This document shows, piece by piece, positions 56,850 through 64,000 of a stretch of 64,000 nucleotides of DNA. Within the stretch, counting starts at the first letter, position 1; each line of letters opens with the position of its first letter. The translations under genes and the position numbers were made by a program. The notes beneath the pieces were generated by a model. The model saw only the letters and a program-made list of their open reading frames with translations. It ran no database searches and had not been told where the DNA came from. Source of the stretch: a virus (lineage: Duplodnaviria; Caudoviricetes); IMG/VR virus record IMGVR_UViG_3300029288_005873, positions 160,001-224,000 of that record; one strand, 5' to 3'.

Positions 56850-56976
56850 ATGCCAACTTCTAGAACTCTTTGGCTTGGATAAAGCTGGCAAAGACCCAAA
56901 CCAAACGGAACCGATATGGTTCCAGGGGCGCCCTTCGGCGCCTCCACCAGTCCGTTTTAGGAACGGACAAACCAAT

Positions 56977-57714
56977 TCACTTTTTCATCGTTGCCAGTTG
57001 ACCAAGTAGTGTTTGGTCGGGATCGATACTTACTTCAACTCCTCCGACAACTGCTTTGTCTCCCTTGCGACTGAAAATCGTTCCTGGTTCAATCTCTCCA
57101 ACTGCTTCTCTTGCTTTCCGATTCTCTTCTTCGTCACCACGGAAAATCTCATGTTCAAAAGCAGAATGAAGCAAGCGGGCTTCTTCCTTTAGCCCAGCTT
57201 CATTAAGAAGCTCCAAAGCCTTTCTCTGATTCTCACTTGGGATCATAGCAATTGTCACTCTATCTTTTGACAAAGAAGCCAAAGACATCGAGGGCGGACC
57301 ACGAAACTTCGCCTCGACTCCAAACTCCTCTTCATGATTGGCGCGGACAGCATCAAGAATGTTGACCGTCATCTTCATCAGCCTAACCATTTGTGGAACT
57401 GTGAAGATGATTTCAGCCTGCCCGCCACAACCACGTGCGAAGAAATGGATTCGTTGATCGTAAAGACCAAAGTGATTGACGTGACACGTGGCTCCAACAC
57501 TGTCTGAAGACTGAAAATACGGAGCACCAAAGGCGAATTTCCCGCCTTTGTAATAATGCCCAATAATTCCAGCCTTATGGCATTTGTCGCAGCCAGAGCC
57601 AAAGCAATCCTGACATTCGCTCATGTTTCCTTGGCGCCATCCGTCTTCGAGAAGTTCTTTCACTTCAGCAGAAGTGAGTATGCGATCATAAGGATTTTCA
57701 GGAATGTTTACCAT
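56977..57714 (-). CDS. hypothetical protein with CxxCxGxG motif
   Basis: Start MVNIPEN after RBS AGGAG. Confidence 0.55.
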   Translation of the reverse strand: MVNIPENPYDRILTSAEVKELLEDGWRQGNMSECQDCFGSGCDKCHKAGIIGHYYKGGKFAFGAPYFQSSDSVGATCHVNHFGLYDQRIHFFARGCGGQAEIIFTVPQMVRLMKMTVNILDAVRANHEEEFGVEAKFRGPPSMSLASLSKDRVTIAMIPSENQRKALELLNEAGLKEEARLLHSAFEHEIFRGDEEENRKAREAVGEIEPGTIFSRKGDKAVVGGVEVSIDPDQTLLGQLATMKK

Positions 57715-57737
57715 TGCTTTGTCTCCTGTTTTGTTTT

Positions 57738-58080
57738 TGGTGGGCCTGTCCGGACTCGAACCGGAAACCCGCGGTTTATGCAAACTATCTACGTGTTTCC
57801 ACGCCGCTTTTCAGCGTTTGTAGTCTGGACTATCCCTTCCCTTTCGGGTCTGCCGTCTAGTCTCTACACCTTCAGGATTTCTCCCGCTTGGCTCGGGATT
57901 GGCATGAGAGTTTCCTCTTTTAGCTTTCCCCGACTTTGACAGAATTCACTAACACACTTGCCTCGGTTGCCCGCACATAATATGTTAGAGTCCCAAGTAG
58001 TGAATCATGCGCCAAAAAAGCGTTTAGATTTCAACTACTTAATCAAGACCGCCGCTCTAACCTAATTGAGCTACAGGCCC
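57738..58080 (-). tRNA. tRNA(CAT), probably Ile2, split by a group I intron
   Basis: Exon 1 58046-58080 ends GCGGTCT; exon 2 57738-57780 CATAAACCGC...CAGGCCCACCA; Ile-like acceptor; tilS adjacent. Confidence 0.85.
57781..58045 (-). mobile_element. group I intron (265 nt, no ORF)
   Basis: P AAAGTCGGGGAA, Q AATCCCGAGCC, R GTAGAGACTA, S AAGGGATAGTCC; terminal G; P1 GTCT/GGAC. Confidence 0.9.
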
Positions 58081-58198
58081 AATGTCGCCTTACATTCGCC
58101 TACTAAGCCAAAAACTGTTGGCTTGCATTCGACTACTAAGACGACCTATTCCTTTACAAAGGTCAAATCTCGAATTGTCTCGCCGAAAGCGTCTGGGC

Positions 58199-58882
58199 TC
58201 ATTCTTGTTCTCCCTGATACATTTTGCTGATGACCTTTGGAAATCCTGGATTGATTTTCAACACTTCTGGCATAATCACTTGTCTAATCCTAACTCTTGG
58301 ATAAGAGACATCATGATTGCCGGGGTCCATCACATATGGAACCTGTTTTCGCTTACACCAATCGACCATGTCTGCTTTGCGACTGAGAAGAAACGGTCGA
58401 ATAATATGAACCGAATACTTTGCCTCGTATTCTGATGTTGTCATACCTAGATCTTTTAGTGCTGGTTTTGACAGATCTTTTGTCCACAGATATCTGTCGC
58501 GTGGAATCAACTGTCCTTCACCATGAAGACTTGTAAAAATCCAAGTCTCCATAGCATCGTCTAGAGTGTGAGCCATTACAAGCGTTTTGCTCGGCGCCAC
58601 CTTTTTGAAAAACTCATACCTTGCTTGTCGCCAAAAGTTTTCTTTGCTCTCACCTTCTGGCATTTCGGTTTGAATCATACCAGTGATTAGAGGAACTCCC
58701 ATTCGTCGCATCATATCAACGACAAATTCCTCCGCATCTGCTCCGTGTTTTGTACCATGATTAAAGTGTAGAGCAGTCACATTATGAGCGCGACGGAGGA
58801 AGTCAAGAGCAGCCATTGAATCAGGACCACCACTTACAGCTACATAAACATCTTTCGGCACTTCCATTAGAAGACGAAACAT
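58199..58882 (-). CDS. tilS: tRNA(Ile)-lysidine synthetase (compact)
   Basis: VAVSGGPDSMA, HFNHG, ARY, AHTLDD..ET, IRPFL, DP.N...Y.R.RIR. Confidence 0.9.
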   Translation of the reverse strand: MFRLLMEVPKDVYVAVSGGPDSMAALDFLRRAHNVTALHFNHGTKHGADAEEFVVDMMRRMGVPLITGMIQTEMPEGESKENFWRQARYEFFKKVAPSKTLVMAHTLDDAMETWIFTSLHGEGQLIPRDRYLWTKDLSKPALKDLGMTTSEYEAKYSVHIIRPFLLSRKADMVDWCKRKQVPYVMDPGNHDVSYPRVRIRQVIMPEVLKINPGFPKVISKMYQGEQE

Positions 58883-59261
58883 CTTTATCTCGTTTTGATG
58901 ATGTTATACCACTGTTACTATTCCCACTGACCAGTTGGTCTGGTATCATAATGATCGGCAAGTCTATGTAAACGAGTCGAGAGCCGATTGTCTTTATAGC
59001 CAAAAGACTTCTCGATTAGCCATAGACAAAATTCCTGCCAATGATCATAAATCCAACTCTTCATATTGTACCAGAACATTCTCTTCTCCCTTTGGTCTTC
59101 TGGATTGGGTACGAACCAACATTTCCGTTCGCGACACGGCGTCCTCGTTAGACGACCAGAAGGTATCAGTGTAAGTTTATTAGACGGTCAGACCACGGGT
59201 GATACTTTTCACATAGTCTATCTGCCATGTTACTTTCAGTATCACCCGTGGTCTGACTAGT

Positions 59262-59637
59262 TGGACGTGCCGGAAGTCGAATCCGGGTCCGCAACATCTT
59301 GATCGTGAAGTCATCCACATGCTTGGTTTCCATTTACTATTCCAGCAGGCGGGAAACGCGCCCATACTGAAAAGACCCATTGAGGCATTTTCGGTGGAAG
59401 TCTCAGGGTTTGAGTAGCTTCCTTAGTAGCCTCTCCCTACAATCCCTGTCCGATGACGCCGATCCCCAGAGTCACAGGGCCGGAGCCCGAGGTCAGCGGA
59501 TGCTAGGCAGCTGCCAGCATCTGGTTCGCGTTGTTGTTCGCGTTTGTTGTCTGTCCCAGTTTTTTCATGGCAGCCTGGAACACCTGCCAGCATGCACTCC
59601 AGTCTCTCAATACCACGTCGATACCAAATTCACGCCC
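59262..59637 (-). ncRNA. ssrA: tmRNA, tag ANNNANQMLAAA (59503-59541)
   Basis: 5' GGGCGTGAA..GG..TCGAC; 3' GACCCGGATTCGACTTCCGGCACGTCCA; G3.U70 and A73; tag ends LAAA-stop. Confidence 0.9.
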
Positions 59638-59642
59638 GTTAG

Positions 59643-60059
59643 TTAAAAATGTCCTAATCGTATTTTTCTACAAGCGCTCTGAGTTGAATTAACATTATAT
59701 CCAGTTATTTTGGATATTCTTTTGTACCCATATCCCTCCTCAATCAACTCTCTTATCCATTCGTAATCTATAATACTAGAAAAAGTTCCATCTTCCCAGT
59801 GATGTTTTGTATGTCCTCCTCTGCTTTTTAGTTCCAAATTATCGGGGTCATCATTCAGCTTATTCTTATCTTTGTGATGAACACATTCATTTGGTCCTAA
59901 TATTCGACCTAACTTTTGTTCCATTACATATCTAGAACGTAGTATATAGCCTCTACAATTTGCTCCGACATGGTCTGGAACATAGACAGCTATTCTTCCA
60001 CCACCAACCTTACTCTGCTTTAGTTTGTTTACTTCTATAATTATCTCTTCTCGTTCCAC
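59643..60059 (-). mobile_element. HNH homing endonuclease
   Basis: RYVMEQKLGR.L...ECVHHKDKNKLNDDPDNLEL...H...H; C-terminal HTH; AT-rich. Confidence 0.8.
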
Positions 60060-60238
60060 TTACTTCTCTCCCATAAAAGCGAGCACCAACCGAGGATTCT
60101 CGAGAATATAATCTCCACGGTTTCCCCCAGCAAGGGGCGAGCGATTTGTACCATGGACATTGCTGTGCCCAAGATTTTTGTCGCTCCAGATATTTGGTGC
60201 CCGCAAAACGCCTTCAGGGTCTCTCCCGTCGGGCATCG

Positions 60239-60320
60239 AGCCGCTAGAGGGATTCGAACCCCCGATCTCTTTTGGAGGACGGATTACAAGTCCGTTGCCA
60301 TACCTCTTGGCGATAGCGGC
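60239..60320 (-). tRNA. tRNA-Thr(TGT) with long variable arm
   Basis: GCCGCTA/TAGCGGC, ACGGA-CTTGTAA-TCCGT, extra arm CCTCCAAAAGAGATC. Confidence 0.75.
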
Positions 60321-60897
60321 ACAAACCTGCGGCACGTTTGCCGCAGGTTTGTTTATGACATCATGTCTACAACAGATCGAAAGACTCCCAATCCGGCTCG
60401 TCGAGGAGCCATTCGTCATCGAGGATTAGGTCCATCAAGTTCTCACGCATTTGCCTGCGCCATGATTCCTTATATTCGCGTTCGACTTTTTCTTGTTCCT
60501 TTAGCTCCTCGAGCATCTTGCGGTCGATCTTGGCTTGTTCCTTAAGCCCATCGAACTCCTCTTCCTCCCACTCGCGTTTCCAATTGGAGTCGTGTACCAC
60601 GGAACGAACCATCATGACCTCCTATCTTGCTTCGACAGAATATCTTCCGCTCCTGTTGACAAGCCAGAAGCGTGTGCCGATGTCACCGAGACCAAGCAGA
60701 AGCATCTCCCTGCCGAGAGTCGGCATTCTTATTACTGGGGCTCCCAATCCTGCCACGGACTGACGAAACCTTCTAACCAGAAATGACGCCCTCTGCGGAG
60801 TCACTTCTGCGAACCATGTGCCGAACCCAGCAGCATGTGAAGCCCTGTGCCACTTCAATGGCGCAAGAACCAACGGAATCCTGAAATATGGCGCCAT

Positions 60898-61284
60898 TTA
60901 TGGCACCTTTTTATTCATACAAAATACAACATCCTCTCCTAACTTAATGGCAGGCTTATCTTTATAACTGACGCAATCGTTTAACAACGTGTTCAGAGCC
61001 ATGATTAGTCCACCTGCTGTTACACAAGTTGACATTGTTGCTAGATCGCATGATAGACCAACTTTCTGGGCGTTGATCCAACCATATGCGTCCTTGAGCC
61101 CCATGCCGGTTACTTCACGAAATGCCTTAACTGCCAGAATTCTGAAATCATCCAGAACTCGCCTGCTGACCATTAGTGTCCAACTGGTCCCAAGAGTTAT
61201 GCCAAGTTCATGACGCAACTGGTTGAGCTCGTCTTCACGTCTATTGTTGTCGGCAACCTCCTTCAGGAGACCATCGCGTTCCAT
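60898..61284 (-). CDS. ribosomal protein bL12 (L7/L12) C-terminal-like domain protein
   Basis: RILAVKAFREVTGMGLKDA matches the bL12 CTD consensus. Confidence 0.6.
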   Translation of the reverse strand: MERDGLLKEVADNNRREDELNQLRHELGITLGTSWTLMVSRRVLDDFRILAVKAFREVTGMGLKDAYGWINAQKVGLSCDLATMSTCVTAGGLIMALNTLLNDCVSYKDKPAIKLGEDVVFCMNKKVP

Positions 61285-61476
61285 CTGTAGCTTGTTAATC
61301 TCGAACCCTATTACCGAGGATCTCGATTTCCTTCTCCATATCGCCGATTATAGCATCGAGAGCCTTTCGGCGCTTCCCACCCAGACCAACCACGAGACCT
61401 GACAGGACCATCACCAGTTTTCTTAGCATCTTATCCATCGTCATCTCCTTTTATTTGCGGATTGGACTATGCCGAC

Positions 61477-61947
61477 TCATTCGGCGTTTGGGCGGATCTC
61501 CGTTTCCTTCTCGCGACACTCCTTCCATTCCTTGCTTCCGTGGGCCGTCAGCAAGACGTTGAGCTGGAAGGTCAGGACCTTCCCATCGACCTCGATCTGA
61601 ACCTTGTCGCCGTGATGAAACCCGACCGATCCAGTTTTGAACTGTTTACCCCTGACCACACACCTCCTGAGAACATCGGACGCCATCAGCGGACTTGCGG
61701 ACATGATGGCCGATTTGATGCCGGAGTCGACATACTGCCTGTCGTTCTCGATCGCTATCAGGTTTATCCCCAGCTGGAAATCATAGCTGGTATTACCACA
61801 CCTGATCGGGACAGATCCTTGGGCAAAGAAGCCGACCTTGCCGGTGCCGAACGTTTTCGGCTCCAGAACGGTATTCCCCAACACCTTATTTAGGTTGATG
61901 GGTTGGGTCTCCAGGACATCGCTTTTGTATCCTTCCCTCTTCGCCAT
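61477..61947 (-). CDS. hypothetical protein with an internally duplicated domain
   Basis: K.F.TG.VGF...V.I...FQL...L.A occurs twice. Confidence 0.6.
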   Translation of the reverse strand: MAKREGYKSDVLETQPINLNKVLGNTVLEPKTFGTGKVGFFAQGSVPIRCGNTSYDFQLGINLIAIENDRQYVDSGIKSAIMSASPLMASDVLRRCVVRGKQFKTGSVGFHHGDKVQIEVDGKVLTFQLNVLLTAHGSKEWKECREKETEIRPNAE

Positions 61948-62267
61948 TTCCCTCTCCTTTGTCCGACATCAGGATTCCCCCAAGCAACCCGCCTCCAGGT
62001 TACTTGGGCGAGCCCCGAAGGCCCGCAGGTTTCTGTTATACTTTTAGTTAGATGCTCTACGCTTTCGTAATACTACCGCTGGGGCAGAGGATCTTCTCAA
62101 TTTTTTCCACCCCCGTGGCGGCATCTTCGAGAGCTCCCTTTGCCAGAGTCTCGTTGTACGGCTGAAAATCCAAGGCATTGTTGACGGAGAGCTTGATATG
62201 TATAAGCTCAATCTTGATCTTCTCGAATTCCTCTGCCGTCAAAATCACCAATCTCTGCATCTTACCC

Positions 62268-62447
62268 CTATTTCCAAGCCTTCTCTGCTGCTTGGACAGC
62301 CTTCGCTGCCTTCTCAGCCGTTCGCTTGGCTGCCGAAACCCCGTCCTCCGCAGGCTTCGAATGCCAGAGAGTGTATCCGCCGACGACCGCCAGTGCCAGA
62401 ACTGCCAGGATCAATAGCTTCCCGAATGTTCCGCGCTTCTTTGCCAT
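62268..62447 (-). CDS. small membrane-anchored protein (59 aa, below track cutoff)
   Basis: MAKKRGTFGKLLILAVLALAVVGGY...; RBS GGGAG. Confidence 0.55.
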   Translation of the reverse strand: MAKKRGTFGKLLILAVLALAVVGGYTLWHSKPAEDGVSAAKRTAEKAAKAVQAAEKAWK

Positions 62448-62493
62448 ATTTTCTCCCTTTCGGCTGGTTGTTTTCCCCTATAATTATGATAAG

Positions 62494-62875
62494 TTACAGG
62501 AGATATTCCATTTCCTTTGCTACGGATTCCGCCAGGCTGGCATCCCATGGTTCGATAGGATCAGATATCCGACCGTCTCGCCGAAGGCGCCACCACCGCC
62601 CAATTTTCATTGCCTCATCTAAGGACAGAATAGAGACGGCATTTGCTACACCGAACTGGGTGGAGGTAATATCCACAACCATGTCATCGAGTAGTATGAA
62701 CCAATGACCTGGAACATGTCCAATGTCCACCTTGATTCCAGCTGCCCGAGCATGTTTGAAGATGAACGATGTCGCGTCTTTACACCACCCTCTAAGGTTG
62801 CTGGGATGGCTGCGTTTATTAGCTACACGTTCAGATTTTACATACCATGGACGTGAGCTTTTCGAGATCGGTCAT
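62494..62875 (-). pseudogene. papain/transglutaminase-like gene with a +1 frameshift
   Basis: MTDLEKLTSMVCKI-TGA, then +1 frame LRGWC...GHWF...VDIT..QFG. Confidence 0.5.
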
Positions 62876-62915
62876 AACTATCCCCTTGGAGAAATTGTTT
62901 CCGACCACATCGCAT

Positions 62916-63043
62916 TGGTTGGGTCGCCAGGACTCGAACCTGGATCTTTCAGGCTTATGTGCCTGCCCGAGTTCACGGGATTCCAGCTCTAGCTGGTTAT
63001 GTTGCCATAGGCAACCTACAAGTCGCCATTACACCACGACCCA
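62916..63043 (-). ncRNA. 128-nt tRNA-scaffold RNA with extra hairpins
   Basis: TGGGTCG/CGACCCA+A+CCA; T arm CCAGG-TTCGAGT-CCTGG; no 7-nt anticodon loop. Confidence 0.75.
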
Positions 63044-63044
63044 C

Positions 63045-63117
63045 TAGGGGCGGAGGGAATCGAACCCACGACCGACGGATTAGAAGTCCGTCGCTCTATC
63101 CGCTGAGCTACGCCCCT
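63045..63117 (-). tRNA. tRNA-Arg(TCT)
   Basis: AGGGGCG/CGCCCCT, ACGGA-CTTCTAA-TCCGT, A20; no CCA. Confidence 0.9.
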
Positions 63118-63268
63118 ACAACTTCTTCCTCTCTGCTACCAGCAAATCGGTCGCATTGACTAACTTCATTGCTGCTAGCCGTTCGCTTTCCGTAAGGTTC
63201 TCTCTACGCACTAGCTTCTCAAGAAGATCGGCTAGCGCTTTCAGTTCGACATCAGACATTTGCTGCTC

Positions 63269-63823
63269 CTACGGGTTCCCTAGGATCATGTCGGCACCGC
63301 GAAGAATGCCTAGGTCAAATGGACTGCCATCCCCACCAGATCTCAGCTTCTCTGCCATCTGCGAATATGAAAGACGCATCAGGCGTCCACCTGACACAAC
63401 GCTGATCCTACATTTGTTCACCTTACATACTTCACACAAAGATGCCAATTCTTTGCGGTTTGTGACCCTATCTACTTTTCCATGTGCGGTATTGGAGGAT
63501 GAGCATGGGTACATATCGCTAGGATCCACAGATATGGTTCCTTCTCCTGCGATTGCTAGTCCACTCTCAACAACCTCAAGAGTTCTCCCAATCAAAGCGG
63601 CGGTTACCATCTTTGCTTCGGTGGAAACACAGTCGATCTTTCCGATTCCAGCCTCCGCCAAGGCGCCAAGAATTGCTTTCGCAAACTTCTCGGCATCTTC
63701 AGCCGTAAGGCTGAGCATTGCACGCCCAGGCACCTCCATGCTTAGCGTAGGTCTGTCCGCCCTCCCACTTAGCTTGACGTCGTGGAAGGGACCATATCGT
63801 CCCAAGTTGATGTCGATTCTCAT
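63269..63823 (-). CDS. hypothetical protein
   Basis: RBS GGAGG, 184 aa. Confidence 0.55.
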   Translation of the reverse strand: MRIDINLGRYGPFHDVKLSGRADRPTLSMEVPGRAMLSLTAEDAEKFAKAILGALAEAGIGKIDCVSTEAKMVTAALIGRTLEVVESGLAIAGEGTISVDPSDMYPCSSSNTAHGKVDRVTNRKELASLCEVCKVNKCRISVVSGGRLMRLSYSQMAEKLRSGGDGSPFDLGILRGADMILGNP

Positions 63824-64000
63824 TCCGCCTCCAGAAAACGCTCCGCCATCTGGACCAGATATCTATCCCCCTCAATAGACGGTTTCTTGTGCCTTTTGAT
63901 CAGTTTCCACCAGTCGCCGATATTACCAGCTTCTGCGTAGTGGATTATGGCAACCTTTTCAGGCTGCCCGAATTGGGTTGACGTGATGTCGATGATCATG

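Noticed and set aside
59096-59163. Hammerhead ribozyme
   Set aside because: A three-way fold is possible, but the core reads CUAACGA/GAAC rather than CUGANGA/GAAA.
59180-60429. Track ORFs over tmRNA and tRNA-Thr (59180, 59380, 60060, 60160)
   Set aside because: They overlap RNA genes, and the translations are tRNA-derived (GSNP, GFEP).
1-64000. Genome-wide stop-codon reassignment
   Set aside because: Genes are full-length and tightly packed under code 11; TAG and TGA interchange at the conserved CPKCEP terminus.

Overview
This window looks like part of a large (jumbo/huge) bacteriophage genome, probably its accessory or early region. It has >130 short, tightly packed ORFs, almost all on the minus strand, read with standard code 11, and no virion or replication core genes. 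Recognisable proteins: vWA protein (partial, missed by the ORF track), J-domain/Ser-Thr kinase, two R2K/DUF4343-type ATP-grasps, two metallophosphoesterases, CCA-adding enzyme, DEDDh exonuclease, NadD, cytidylyltransferase, ClpP, ClpA, GHKL ATPase-metallopeptidase, two radical SAM enzymes, TilS, a bL12-like protein and four free-standing homing endonucleases. The RNA content is unusually rich: tmRNA (tag ANNNANQMLAAA); tRNAs for Arg(CCT), Arg(TCT), Pro(TGG) and Thr(TGT, long variable arm); tRNA-Lys(TTT) and tRNA-Ile2(CAT), each split by a group I intron; two non-canonical tRNA-like RNAs; and several structured intergenic regions. The strongest candidates for undescribed biology are (1) a dispersed modular family of 8 proteins with variable N-termini that all end in the zinc-ribbon tag ...CPKCEP-stop, (2) a 128-nt tRNA-scaffold RNA whose anticodon arm is replaced by three hairpins, and (3) a 31-32 bp palindromic element present three times upstream of genes. 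All calls are by-eye motif recognition; no database search was run.
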